Positions 10,542-20,938 of a stretch of 64,000 nt of DNA are shown one piece after another (positions within the stretch are counted from its first letter, which is position 1; the number at the start of each line of letters is the position of its first letter). Source of the DNA: a bacterium (GTDB lineage: Bacteria > Patescibacteriota > UBA1384 > CAILIB01); assembly GCA_037131105.1 (NCBI GenBank), contig JBAXRQ010000001.1, forward strand, positions 194,039-258,038, written 5' to 3'. The translations under genes and the position numbers were made by a program. A model generated the notes under the pieces. The model searched no databases, was not told where the DNA came from, and was given only the letters and a program-made list of their open reading frames with translations.

Positions 10542-12046
10542 TGAAGCCCCTGGCCCTTATCGTCCTGGACGGCTGGGGATACCGGGAGGAAGCCACCCAC
10601 AATGCCGTGGCCACTGCCAGCACCCCTGTCTTTGACAGAGTCTGGAAGGAGAACCCGCACACCCTACTGGAGGCCAGCGGGGAGCAGGTGGGACTTCCTG
10701 AGGGCCAGATAGGAAATAGTGAGATAGGCCATACCACTATCGGGGCTGGGAAGGTAATGGCCACCGACCTGGTGCGCATCACCAAGGCCGGTAAGAACGG
10801 TGAGTTCACCAGTAATCCGGTCTTTACCGAGCTGTTCGACCATGTGAAGTCCTACGGCACCGTGCTGCACGTGCTGGGACAGGTGAGTGCCGGAGGCGTG
10901 CATAGCCACCAGGATCACCTGTTCTATTTCCTGCGCGCTGCCAAGGAAGCGGGTGTCCAGAAGATAGCCATCCATGCCTATACTGACGGCCGCGACGTGC
11001 CGCCAAAGAGCGGGGCCGGCTACATGAAGGAGCTGGAGGCGCTGCTTGCTGAGCTGGGTATCGGCCATATTGCCACGGTCACCGGTCGCTACTATGCTAT
11101 GGACCGGGACAATAACTGGCACCGGCTGGCTAAGGCAGAGGCGGCTATGTTTGAGCACGCTGCTCCCACTTACTTGCAAAAGCCTTCGGCCGCTATGGAA
11201 GATGCCTATGGCCGCGGCAAGGTGGATGAGCACCTGGAGCCCATGGTGTTTGCCGACGAGAAGGGTAACTATTATCCTATCGCCAAGGATGACGCCGTCT
11301 TTGTCTTTAATTACCGTTCCGACCGGGTGCGTATGCTTACCCGTCGGCTTCTCGAGCGAGGTGCCGACCTCGGCCTGCTGATCGCCACCATGACCGAGTA
11401 TCATCCTGACTTCCAGGTGAAAGTCGCCTTCCCTCCGACTACCATCGAGACTACCCTGGGCGCCGAGGTGGCCAGAGCCGGGCTTACCCAGGCCCATATT
11501 GCCGAGACCGAGAAGTTTCCCCACGCTACCTACTTTTTAAATGGTGGCAAGCAGGAGCCCCATGAGGGCGAGGAGCATGTCATGCTGGACAGCCGCAAGG
11601 ACGTGGCTACCCATGACGAGGCGCCGGAGATGCGGGCCGAGGCCATCGCCGATGCTGCCGTAGACAGGCTGCAGAAGGGGGCCGACTTCATCTTTATTAA
11701 CTTTGCCAATCCTGACATGGTGGGCCATACCGCCAACGTCCCGGCCATCGTTACTGCTCTTGAAACGGTGGACCGTGAGCTTGCCAAGGTTCTGGCCGAG
11801 ATCAAGAACCAGGGTGGCGTAGCCCTGGTGACCGCTGATCATGGCAATGCCGAAATCAACATAGATCCGATGACCGGAGAGCGACATACCGCTCATACCC
11901 TGAGCCTGGTGCCGTTCATCGTAGTGGGCGCCGAGGTCAAACTGCGGGAGCTGGGTGGCCTTTCAGATATCGCCCCTACTGCCCTTGAGCTGCTGGGTAT
12001 CCAGAAGCCATCTTCAATGACCGGGGAGAGCCTTATTGTGAAATAG
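10541..12046 (+). CDS. gpmI: 2,3-BPG-independent phosphoglycerate mutase
   Basis: LDGWG, GNSEIGH, AETEKFPH, NPDMVGH, TADHGN. Confidence 0.97.
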
Positions 12047-12134
12047 GTCACAGGGGGATTGATTTTTTTCGCATTTCTGGTATGGTAAGTTCTTGATTCT
12101 GAAAGGAATCAAGTGTGTTTTTAGTTTTTAAGGG

Positions 12135-12827
12135 GTGAGGGAATTGGTTGTCGAGACACAAGACGTAGTGGGTAGCGCAGGAAAAAAGGGCGGGTCAAAG
12201 GTTTGTCTTCGCGATACGTTGGGTCCGTTTAAACCGCCTACAGAAACGCCGATATTCTTTGTGACGGGTCCCTCGACGGCGGGCAAAGGGGAAACCCTTA
12301 AGGGGGTCATTGCCGACTGCCTGGCACGAGGAATCGTGGTTCGTAAGTTGAGGTCGATCACCGAACGTGACCGAAGAGACGATGACACGAACTATGATTT
12401 CATTACGCCCGCCGAGATGGATGAACTTATTGCGAGCGGCGATGTAATGACCAAGGCGACGATCAATGGTAAGCGTTACGTGTATACCTGGTCCAGCCTT
12501 TTTGAAGCCTGCTACCTTGAAGACGGGACAGTGGACACCAGGCCCATAATCCTGGAGTTTGATCTCCAGGACTGCATGCACTATATGCGCGAGCATATTC
12601 CTGGATGTCCGCACGTCCACATTCATGCGGATCGTGAGACGCGGTATCGCAGAATGGAATCCAGCCGCGCCTGTCTGCCGGAAGCACTCAAGAGTGAGCG
12701 GCTTGACCGTGGTTGTCAGGACTTCTCCATTGCGCACGCTCTCGGAGACCCATTCATCGTACATAACGATGACGGCTGTCTGGACGAGACGGTCGAAAGT
12801 GTGAGTGTTTACCTGAGACTGAGCTAA
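12135..12827 (+). CDS. Divergent guanylate-kinase-like P-loop protein
   Basis: GPSTAGKG P-loop, ITER.RR, YDFIT, VHNDD..LDETV. Confidence 0.6.
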   Translation: MRELVVETQDVVGSAGKKGGSKVCLRDTLGPFKPPTETPIFFVTGPSTAGKGETLKGVIADCLARGIVVRKLRSITERDRRDDDTNYDFITPAEMDELIASGDVMTKATINGKRYVYTWSSLFEACYLEDGTVDTRPIILEFDLQDCMHYMREHIPGCPHVHIHADRETRYRRMESSRACLPEALKSERLDRGCQDFSIAHALGDPFIVHNDDGCLDETVESVSVYLRLS

Positions 12828-12851
12828 GAGTTAACTCGGATTCAGAATCTT

Positions 12852-12883
12852 TAAAAAGACGGCCCGGAGGTGCCGTCTTTTTC
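12852..12883. terminator. Bidirectional intrinsic terminator
   Basis: AAAAAGACGGC...GCCGTCTTTTT hairpin with A/T tails. Confidence 0.7.
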
Positions 12884-13082
12884 AATTCCCAGAAAAGAGA
12901 AAACCGCCCGGGGGCGGTTTCAGAAAGGGCAGGCCAAGTGGCATGCTGGGAAAAAGGGGGAGAAGGGTTCGGAAAGGCCTGGTGGCCGGCGAGGGTTGGT
13001 GAGGGCACTGGCGTCTTCCTAACCCTTCTCTTAGATCATTACAACACTCTCTGAGTAGGGAGTCAATGTTTTTCAGCTATAG

Positions 13083-14114
13083 CTACTTGTATCCGTTCGT
13101 AGCCTCTTGGTAGGTAGTCTTGGAGATCTCCTGGATGGCCTTCTCAGCATTGGCCAGACTGCCGGTGCTTCGGGTCATGACACAGAGCAGGTAGCGCTTG
13201 TTTGGCGCATAGACGATACCGCAGTCTTGCAGCTCGCGTGCAGTCACCTTGCCGCCCTCGGTTTTGGTGTCGATACCGAACTTGTGAGCGACCTGGGTAC
13301 CGGCCGGCAGTCCCTTAGCCAGTCCGTCTGTAAAATCAACCTCGCCAAGTAGCTCCATGGCCTTCTCGGAGAGATCCCTGTCGATGTATGTTGCATTTAC
13401 AAGGACGCGTAGGAAATAGGAAAAGTCCTTAGCAGTCATATAGTCCTCAGGTTGACTGGAGTCCTCGCGTAGAGGCACCTTCAGATCCCTGAAGGCTTGC
13501 TGGAAGAGGGTGGGATCGACGTAGCTGGCCAGGGCGTAGAAGGCGTTATTGTCCGAGTACTTGATCATCTTCTCGATGGCCTCCTCCACCGTGTAGGTCT
13601 GGCCGACCTGGAGGCGTACTTTGGGCTGGATCTCAATACCGGCGTTGGTATCGCTGGAGCTATTCACGGTAATTTGGTGCTGGAGGACCGAAGGATCCTT
13701 CTCGGCCATCTTGTAGGCGGCGATCATGGTAGGGATCTTGTTCAAGCTTGCCGGGTAGTACTTCTGGTCGGGGTTGATGTTCGTGGTGGCGTTGACGCTG
13801 AAGTCGCGGAAGTAGATTGATGCTGAGTCAATGTCATGGCTGGCTACTTTGCTCGCTATGAGGTTGTTGAGCTTATTTTGGAGGGGCGCCAGGATAGGAG
13901 AGGCGTCCACGGTATTGTTGTCACAGAGAAGCAGCGGGTTTATATAGGTATAACCGCCAAGGCGGAGACACTGGTAGCCGATGATCTGGGGTGGGGCGGG
14001 CGCAGCCAGGGCGCCGTGCAGCCACCAGCCGCCGCCTAAGGCGAGCAGGATAAGAACTAGGGAAAGCAGAGAGGCTGTAAGGCTGCGAAAGATGCGTTTG
14101 GAAAAGGATTTCAT
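13083..14114 (-). CDS. Class A beta-lactamase-like serine hydrolase, membrane-anchored
   Basis: SxxK (ASLNK), SDN, HKFG motifs; N-terminal TM. Confidence 0.85.
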   Translation of the reverse strand: MKSFSKRIFRSLTASLLSLVLILLALGGGWWLHGALAAPAPPQIIGYQCLRLGGYTYINPLLLCDNNTVDASPILAPLQNKLNNLIASKVASHDIDSASIYFRDFSVNATTNINPDQKYYPASLNKIPTMIAAYKMAEKDPSVLQHQITVNSSSDTNAGIEIQPKVRLQVGQTYTVEEAIEKMIKYSDNNAFYALASYVDPTLFQQAFRDLKVPLREDSSQPEDYMTAKDFSYFLRVLVNATYIDRDLSEKAMELLGEVDFTDGLAKGLPAGTQVAHKFGIDTKTEGGKVTARELQDCGIVYAPNKRYLLCVMTRSTGSLANAEKAIQEISKTTYQEATNGYK

Positions 14115-14391
14115 GGCTCTAGTATAGAGGAATTAAGGGACAACAACTATGTTTAGGAGTGACCGGGAGTTCCGCTCCCATATATCTTTGGAGTCGCTAC
14201 ACGGCTTTCCGGACTTCGCCGGAAGCGCCAGCGAACCGCGGTTTCGAACCCGCACGATCCAACCAGAGAAAAAGACCCATACAAGATGGGTCTTTTTCTC
14301 TGGCGGGAGCGATGGGTCGATTTCCGAACTTCGTGTAATGTTGTTTCATACTTTGCTGATGGAGATATATACTTAGCTCATAATTAATATT

Positions 14392-15468
14392 ATGACTATG
14401 TTTTGCACTGAATGTGGTTGTGAACTCCGACATAAGGGGAAGTTTTGTCCAGAATGTGGTCACTTGGTTACTAAGGGGGGCGAAGGCCTATCGGCCTGTC
14501 ACATTAATCCGGAGACTAATCCCTTGAAACGTCAAATGAAGAGCAAATATCGCCAACCATGGCTTATTGCAGGTTGCTGTCTTATATCGATCGGGATAAT
14601 TTCAGGAGTAGTGTACATCTTCTATCAGAAAGGTTTTGGAAGTCGGAATAATGAGGCCAATATAACGAATCGGGCACGTTTAGATAGCCTGGAGGCAATG
14701 CTCCAGGACGGCGACAGTCTCGTTTCTATTTGGAACGATACTGCAGATAGGGCAAACGAAGACCGACTTCATGAGCAATCCATAATTGCTGATTTTAAAT
14801 CAAAGTCGCAAGATCAAGTCGAACCTGTGAAGTCGTTGTCGGCAAATTGGCTTTTCGAAGCCGCAGAAATACAGAATACTGCACCATGTGATTGTTTTGG
14901 TCCGTCTGTTACGGCGAGCAAAAGCGAGATTCAAGACGGACACAAAGCATTGAACAGAATTAAAGTAATCGATTCTCAACTTGCTATCCAGCATTCGCTC
15001 CTAAAAGGAGGAGCAGTTCCTTCTAATGAGCAGGTAACATCCGATCTTAAGTCTGATGCTAAGAATATTCAAACGAACTTCATAATTGAAGCCGTCATAT
15101 CAGATGCCTGGCAGCATAACAAGAATCACTCTTTTATTGGGGAGTGGGTTTCGTTAGCTCCGGCTGGGAAGGATCAAGTTGACTGGGCATCGATGGGACT
15201 GAATGCTAATGGGACAGATGTTGTTGGCAACTCTGGTGCGGATCTGGGGGCGTCGTTAAACGCCTCACAGTCTTACGAGAAATCTATTCTCGATCTCGGG
15301 AGGCTTACACAGGTTGCGGGTGGCTCTGTTCGGGATCTGACGAATAAAGTACTTGAGCAGTCCCTGATATTGTGGGATCACTCAGTTACTAATACGCTCT
15401 ACGGAGACGTTCTTGGCGTTTTCTCTAAACTTCAAGAGTTAGTCCTTGAGATTTCTGCCTTGAGCTAA
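14392..15468 (+). CDS. Zinc-ribbon + single-TM hypothetical protein
   Basis: CTECG...CPECG N-terminus, TM helix; lower GC than host genes. Confidence 0.75.
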   Translation: MTMFCTECGCELRHKGKFCPECGHLVTKGGEGLSACHINPETNPLKRQMKSKYRQPWLIAGCCLISIGIISGVVYIFYQKGFGSRNNEANITNRARLDSLEAMLQDGDSLVSIWNDTADRANEDRLHEQSIIADFKSKSQDQVEPVKSLSANWLFEAAEIQNTAPCDCFGPSVTASKSEIQDGHKALNRIKVIDSQLAIQHSLLKGGAVPSNEQVTSDLKSDAKNIQTNFIIEAVISDAWQHNKNHSFIGEWVSLAPAGKDQVDWASMGLNANGTDVVGNSGADLGASLNASQSYEKSILDLGRLTQVAGGSVRDLTNKVLEQSLILWDHSVTNTLYGDVLGVFSKLQELVLEISALS

Positions 15469-15505
15469 AGTCTTTAGTGCCTTTTGGTGCGAAGGGTACG
15501 GGAAG

Positions 15506-16426
15506 TCAATGTACGGGACTAATTAAGGCAGCAGTATTATTGCGAGGATTCCCCACCTGTTCCGACACTGGATATGACTCCATGCTCTTCGCCTCATAGG
15601 GTATGAGCAATGATTGGAGGTGGGCTAGCGGCGCTTCAGGGTCCAGCCACACTGCCTCGTCCTTCCGATGAAGGATGACCGGCATCCGGTCGTGCACCTC
15701 AGCGGCCAGAGGGTTCGGCGCCGTCGTGATAATGGTATACGTCTGCAGCTCCTTACCTTCCTTGTTATGCCATTCCGCCGTGAGCCCCGCCAGGGCGAAG
15801 TACTCCTCTTCTCGCAGCCTGAAGTAATACGGCTGCTTGCCTGAGCCAACCTTCTTCCACTCGTAGTAGCCCGTGATGGGTACCAGGCACCGGCGCTTCT
15901 CGAACGACTTTTTGAAGGAGTTCTTCTCGTGCACCGTCTCAGCCCGGGCGTTTATCATCTTGTAGCCTATCTTCTCGTCTGACGCCCACACGGGGACGAG
16001 CCCCCACTTCATGAGCTCGAGGCGGTTGGGGCTGTTCTCCTCCATCGTCCTCACCTTCAGTATGGGTGTGCCGGTGAAGTCGATGACCGCCTCGTCGATG
16101 CTCTTGGGGGTCACGTCGGGGCTGTAGTCTCGGTAGATGCGGCAGAAGCGCTTGTGCACCTCACGGTAGAGGTTTGGATCGGGCGGGATGATGGCGATGT
16201 CGGGGGCGAGCATGCGGGCCTCGCGCACGTTGACGGCGGTCTTTATCCCCGCCTGCTTGGCCTCGTAGCTGGGGCTCACCACGCAGCCCCCGGGCCCCGT
16301 GTAGGCCGCAACGCCCACCGGCTTCCCCCTCAGAAGCGGCCAGGCCTGCTGCTCGGCACGCGCGAATGAGGCGTTCATGTCGATGTGCATGATCGTTGCG
16401 GGGTTGCGGTTAATCGGCAAGTCCAT
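15506..16426 (-). CDS. In-frame chimera: Y-family polymerase (DinB/UmuC) N-terminus fused to SRAP/HMCES lacking its N-terminus
   Basis: HIDMNASFA, SYEAK.AG, SIDEA then MKWGLVP, INARAET, RRCLVP, YEW, HDRMPVIL. Confidence 0.85.
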   Translation of the reverse strand: MDLPINRNPATIMHIDMNASFARAEQQAWPLLRGKPVGVAAYTGPGGCVVSPSYEAKQAGIKTAVNVREARMLAPDIAIIPPDPNLYREVHKRFCRIYRDYSPDVTPKSIDEAVIDFTGTPILKVRTMEENSPNRLELMKWGLVPVWASDEKIGYKMINARAETVHEKNSFKKSFEKRRCLVPITGYYEWKKVGSGKQPYYFRLREEEYFALAGLTAEWHNKEGKELQTYTIITTAPNPLAAEVHDRMPVILHRKDEAVWLDPEAPLAHLQSLLIPYEAKSMESYPVSEQVGNPRNNTAALISPVH

Positions 16427-16670
16427 CGGAGGCCTCGATTAGCGTTGCGTGCAGGGTGTCGCCGTCCACGTGGATGCGCATGTCCAGGGCGCCGACGTTG
16501 ACGCAGAAGACGTGCACCTGCTTGCGGCCGTCCCGCACGGTGTAGGCCATGCCGGTCTCCCGCACCAGGTAGTCCCGGCCCTGCCAGCGCACGCACAGCA
16601 GGGACGCGCGCTGAGCGACGGAGTCGATGTCGACGCGCACCTTCACCGCCTCGTTGATGGGTGTCCTCAT
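16410..16670 (-). CDS. Small hypothetical protein upstream of DinB-like gene
   Basis: ORF overlapping the polymerase start; TATAGT 7 nt upstream of ATG. Confidence 0.65.
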   Translation of the reverse strand: MRTPINEAVKVRVDIDSVAQRASLLCVRWQGRDYLVRETGMAYTVRDGRKQVHVFCVNVGALDMRIHVDGDTLHATLIEASDGLAD

Positions 16671-16769
16671 GCTAGGCACTATACACCAAACATATACCGA
16701 ACAGTCAAGGCAACAACCGACAGTCTAGAGGTCTCAGGTTCTAATTGAAACAAATTGGGAGGTCGATCG

Positions 16770-17093
16770 TCACGGTGTTTGGAGGGCGTCAGGATTGTAA
16801 GCGCACATTGTGTTTGCTATTGGAGCTGCGTTCCCCGTCCCTCTAGTATAGTCGTTGACGCGTCTGGGTACGCCATCAGAATACCTCCAGACTAGTGTTA
16901 CGAAGGCGGCCTCTCCTCTTAAGGCTCTCTCTAGCACCATGCTAACTAGAAGTTCCTTGTTGGTCTTCTCTTGTCCGGCAGGAATCTTTTCCAAGCATTG
17001 CCTCATGAGGTCTGCCATGGATTGGCCTTTTCTGGGTCTGCCGTTTGGGTTCCGTGTTTCCCCCTTGAGCATCGTTGTGGAGTTGCGGGGCAT
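16770..17093 (-). CDS. DUF5681-like phage protein (NPxGRP motif)
   Basis: KGETRNPNGRPRKG motif common in terminase-small-subunit-region proteins. Confidence 0.6.
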   Translation of the reverse strand: MPRNSTTMLKGETRNPNGRPRKGQSMADLMRQCLEKIPAGQEKTNKELLVSMVLERALRGEAAFVTLVWRYSDGVPRRVNDYTRGTGNAAPIANTMCAYNPDALQTP

Positions 17094-17189
17094 AGGCCTG
17101 TTAATTGCCTGTTTTTATAATCGCAATATACCCCTAAGTGGCCTCTGCATCCATCGGAGGACCTGGAGTTGGCAGCTTGTGAAGCAGAA

Positions 17190-18143
17190 TCACTTAGGAT
17201 TATTTGGATAAGCCACGCTCCTGATATAGTTCGAGCTCAGGGCATACCCGGTTCCTTCAGCGGGCACGTATGCGCTGCTCCACACCAGCTTCTCGGTATT
17301 CATGCCGACGACTCCACAAGCACTGACCAGCGGGCCACCTGAGTTCCCGGGGTTGATAGTTGCATCTGTCTGTAGCAGTTCACGACCGCTGTCTGTTACC
17401 CTTCGCGATAAGATCCCCTTGGTAATTGTAGCTTCGCCAGATGGGGAGTTAGGCCAACCTACGGTATAGACAGTCTCAGCATCCTTCAGCATATCTGAAT
17501 TGGAGAGCGACATGGTGAAATGGAATGAGTAGTCTACCTTGAGTATGGCTATGTCCTGGTCGGGGTAGGCTGCATAGACGGAAGCGTCCATATCCTTATT
17601 CCCGTCATAACCTATCCATACCCTAATAGTCTTAACTCCCTGGATCACATGGTAATTTGTTAGGACTAGGCCAGGGGTTGAGTCGGTCAGTGCCATACCC
17701 GATCCTGAGCCAATCAAGTTACCCCGGCTATCATAGTCTCTGACAAGATGGGCCGCCGCCTTAGCAGCATGGAGAGTGGCTTGCTCGTCGCACCCTGTTG
17801 GCATTGAGGATGCAACAACTGGAGAGGACGTGTAGCCGCCTATACTATTATTATAATTAGCTGTGGCAATAGCTTTCATGACTGACAAAACCAATACGAT
17901 AGCGAATATCCATATTGCTTTCCGTACTCGAGGGCTCATTCTTCTGATTCTCTTGTGGCAGTATCTGCAAACACGGGCATCCGCTTTTATCTTCTCGGCA
18001 CAGTGTGGGCAGATCTTGTGGCCAGGCTTGGGAGATAGGCTCCTCTCTCTGCCCTCTTTCTCAAGACGCTCGTATGCAGTGAAGAAATCCTCTTCTACCG
18101 GATGGTCTTGTTGCTTCGGTGGTATTCCTTCGTTTGTTTTCAT
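17190..18143 (-). CDS. Membrane-anchored trypsin-like (S1C) serine protease with zinc ribbon
   Basis: CPHC..CRYC, TM, catalytic TNYHV / DIAIL / GNSGGP. Confidence 0.9.
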   Translation of the reverse strand: MKTNEGIPPKQQDHPVEEDFFTAYERLEKEGRERSLSPKPGHKICPHCAEKIKADARVCRYCHKRIRRMSPRVRKAIWIFAIVLVLSVMKAIATANYNNSIGGYTSSPVVASSMPTGCDEQATLHAAKAAAHLVRDYDSRGNLIGSGSGMALTDSTPGLVLTNYHVIQGVKTIRVWIGYDGNKDMDASVYAAYPDQDIAILKVDYSFHFTMSLSNSDMLKDAETVYTVGWPNSPSGEATITKGILSRRVTDSGRELLQTDATINPGNSGGPLVSACGVVGMNTEKLVWSSAYVPAEGTGYALSSNYIRSVAYPNNPK

Positions 18144-18437
18144 CGTGTGAGATGTTTCCGTCAGGGGTAAGCCGAGGTTGTTCCATTTCTTCGTTATTGG
18201 GTAGCGGGTGGAAATACCCTCAAGAATACAATAAAGGCCAAGCACCTAGGTTGCTTGGACCAACAGATGGCTTGCGCCTACTGCTTTTGGTGCTTGACCT
18301 GTTACCAGGCGCAAGCACCCCTTTGAAGGGAAGCTGTGATGTAAGCCAAACTGTTGATCCAAGCCACTAAATCATAGCCCGTTTAACCTTGAAATACAAC
18401 AAAAGCACCGGACGGCTGACGGAGTTCTAACTCGGTT

Positions 18438-18809
18438 CTATTTGATCCAGCCGAGGGCTTTGAAGGTAAGCTCTAGGTATTTAAGTCGTACCCGCTGGTC
18501 GGGTACTACTTCTACTGCGTACTTGCCGCGCACTTTCTCCCAGCCGTGGTCTGTCTTTCGGAAGATGGGTCTTATCTCTAGCTTGGTCGCCTCGAGGCCA
18601 TTACCTAGGCCCCAAACTTGGGACCGCGGCCCTAGGGCCTTGTGGAGCAAGTAGCTTACTCCAGGTTGGGCATGGATGGCACGACCTGGATTCCTGGCAG
18701 TGCTTGGGCTGTACCCTGCAAGACGGGCGGCGAGGCCCTTAGAATATCCTTCCGCAAGGAGCTGCGCATATCTATAAGCACGTGGGCTGGGTCTCTTGAG
18801 TATGGGCAT
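18438..18809 (-). CDS. Terminase-small-subunit-like HTH protein
   Basis: AARLAGYSPSTA HTH signature; PDQRVRLKYLEL. Confidence 0.6.
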   Translation of the reverse strand: MPILKRPSPRAYRYAQLLAEGYSKGLAARLAGYSPSTARNPGRAIHAQPGVSYLLHKALGPRSQVWGLGNGLEATKLEIRPIFRKTDHGWEKVRGKYAVEVVPDQRVRLKYLELTFKALGWIK

Positions 18810-18935
18810 AACGGCAGTATTATAGCAGACCTAGGAAGTAACCTATCAGTAGTTTGCTCAGATAAGAATTTGAGAACAACACGTGGCGCTTGCTTTGGGA
18901 TCCTGCTATCCTCCAATCATAAGACTGACACGACT

Positions 18936-20102
18936 ATGACAATGAATGATAATGAACTTCTAGGTCATTTCCTTGAGAATGCCTTGGTGGCGAAGAAAGA
19001 CAGCCATTTATTTTTGGCTGTATCTGATTATGTGAACTACGTAGATTCCTCTGAGAGGTGGTCGGCAATAATGGTTGAGAAAGTGCTCTCTGAGCGAAGG
19101 GATCTTGAAAGTCGCCTCAGCGAGCTCGGTGCAGAAGTGATAGCGGAATCTGAACGATGCTTTGATGCAGTATCTGCAAAGCTGATTTCGCATGGCATAA
19201 AGGTGGACGGGGAGCTGACGTCAAGACTGGATGCATATCGCAACATTCTTTCAGGCTCATACCAGAGTTCAGAACCATATCCGAAATCTGTTTACGGTTC
19301 CGTCGGCCGTCTTCTTAGCGAGCTAAAGGATAGGGGACATGGAGATTTATTTGCCGACAGTATTTCGACAGATGACAAGACTACAAATTATGTCTGGACA
19401 TTCTCCAAGAAGTACAGAGAATACGAGGAGCTGCTTCAAGTCTTTGAACGAAGGCGACGTGACAGCGCATGGGGGTCTTGGGAGACCCTTGGCCATGTAT
19501 TCCACACAATTGCCCTTCGGGATCAGATTACTAAGAAACTCAGTCAACACGGCTATGAGTGGACGTTCATGAACTACTTATATATGGCCAGCGCGATGGA
19601 CAAGATTCTGGATTCGGGATCAGCTCTTGGGCAAACCGTATTCGATAGAGAAAGCACAGAATGGTCCCTTAGAAGGATCCACGCTCGGTTACTCTTGGCT
19701 GACGGTGGGGGCGTTACGGAATCTCAAAGCTCTCAAGTCGGTACTGATAATTCTGAATCTATAGGCCTAATGCCTAGTTATCAGGTGGGACCGTTAATTC
19801 TTGATCTGGAAAAGGGTCAACTAGTGGTACGGGGTCAGAAACCCTTAGACGTATCTACCAAGAGCCGCCCGATGATCATGTTGCGCTTGTTAATGCAGAA
19901 ACCGGGCGTCGTTGTTTCGCATTCCGAAATAGTTGACGCTTCCTCAAAAGAGGGCTCAGCCGCGAACAATGACGATATAGACGCAAACAAGCTTAGAGTA
20001 CAAATTGATTATCTCCTCATACGTGCTGGAATGGACAAACAGAAAGCAAAAGAGCTGATTAGGTCGGAGCGGGGAAAGGGGTATAAGATTTACCCCAACT
20101 AG
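18936..20102 (+). CDS. Protein with C-terminal OmpR/PhoB-type winged HTH
   Basis: LRLLMQKPGVVVSHSEI...IRSERGKGYKI. Confidence 0.75.
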   Translation: MTMNDNELLGHFLENALVAKKDSHLFLAVSDYVNYVDSSERWSAIMVEKVLSERRDLESRLSELGAEVIAESERCFDAVSAKLISHGIKVDGELTSRLDAYRNILSGSYQSSEPYPKSVYGSVGRLLSELKDRGHGDLFADSISTDDKTTNYVWTFSKKYREYEELLQVFERRRRDSAWGSWETLGHVFHTIALRDQITKKLSQHGYEWTFMNYLYMASAMDKILDSGSALGQTVFDRESTEWSLRRIHARLLLADGGGVTESQSSQVGTDNSESIGLMPSYQVGPLILDLEKGQLVVRGQKPLDVSTKSRPMIMLRLLMQKPGVVVSHSEIVDASSKEGSAANNDDIDANKLRVQIDYLLIRAGMDKQKAKELIRSERGKGYKIYPN

Positions 20103-20220
20103 TCCGTCTTTAAAGGCAGGCTGTATTCTTCCATGATATTTCCGGAACTTTTCCGGATCTTTTTTTGAATGGTTTTGAGGCTCCCAGTGTAGTTATATTG
20201 AGGCAACAAAGCCTGACCTA

Positions 20221-20466
20221 ATGACTATTACCATGGATCCTTTTAGAACGAGCAACCTGCCTCTAGCTACCTGCCTTAGCCTTTATTACCCAGTAAGCAC
20301 AATAGACAGATCTGAACCTCGCGCCGTCTTCTACTTTGAGCGTGGAGAAGGCATGGATGACCTTGTCCAGATGTTTCACGCGCGGACTATGGCTGTTGAG
20401 CCGCAGGCCTATGCCGACGCGATGAGATCGCTTAAAGCCCGCCTGTATGCAAGGGAGGACCCTTGA
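20221..20466 (+). CDS. DUF5659-like small protein
   Basis: FRTSNLPLAT.L, RAVFYF, VEPQAY..A.RSLKARLY pattern. Confidence 0.65.
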   Translation: MTITMDPFRTSNLPLATCLSLYYPVSTIDRSEPRAVFYFERGEGMDDLVQMFHARTMAVEPQAYADAMRSLKARLYAREDP

Positions 20467-20615
20467 TCTCCAAAGATGCGGCCTTACAGCTCAAGGTAAT
20501 TCTTGAGGAGGACTTTGATATAGCAGTGACATTGGAAGAGGCAACTTCTCTGGCAACTCTGTGGATCGGATATTTCGACCTTCTTAAGAGTAGCGGGGAA
20601 TCTACCGGTTCGTAA
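20463..20615 (+). CDS. Small hypothetical protein (50 aa, not in ORF track)
   Basis: TTG start overlapping upstream TGA, GGAGG RBS; MISKDAALQLKVILEEDFDI...FDLLK. Confidence 0.55.
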   Translation: MISKDAALQLKVILEEDFDIAVTLEEATSLATLWIGYFDLLKSSGESTGS

Positions 20616-20626
20616 CAGCATAAGGT

Positions 20627-20938
20627 ATGAATATGACCATAAATCGCAGCAAGAAGGGCGGAGGTACTAGGACGGATAAGCAAGGGCGGAAAGCTGGAAA
20701 GTTCAGAATCCTTATCAGTTGGGTCGGGGAAAGTGGCGTTCCTGAGCGCAGGCAGACCGACAATATTTCCAAAGCCCAGAATTGTCTAAGGGGCATAAGG
20801 AGAGGGCCAATAAAGGTGGCGTGCTCTTTCGTGAGTGCAGATAATACTGGGGTGTTTCCGACCAGGGAGTCTGCGCGTCATTTCCTTCAGAACAACTGGC
20901 AGGATTATCAGATATGGAGGAAGGATGGTGATGATTGA
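20627..20938 (+). CDS. Hypothetical protein
   Basis: ORF in same operon, overlaps next start. Confidence 0.4.
   Translation: MNMTINRSKKGGGTRTDKQGRKAGKFRILISWVGESGVPERRQTDNISKAQNCLRGIRRGPIKVACSFVSADNTGVFPTRESARHFLQNNWQDYQIWRKDGDD

Noticed and set aside
10664-11524. Long antisense ORFs (also 49660-50520, 55287-56129, 30083-30715)
   Set aside because: Shadow frames of well-supported genes with biased codon usage
13083-14114. Bona fide antibiotic-resistance beta-lactamase
   Set aside because: SxxK and SDN present, but KFG replaces KTG and it is membrane-anchored; activity cannot be inferred from sequence
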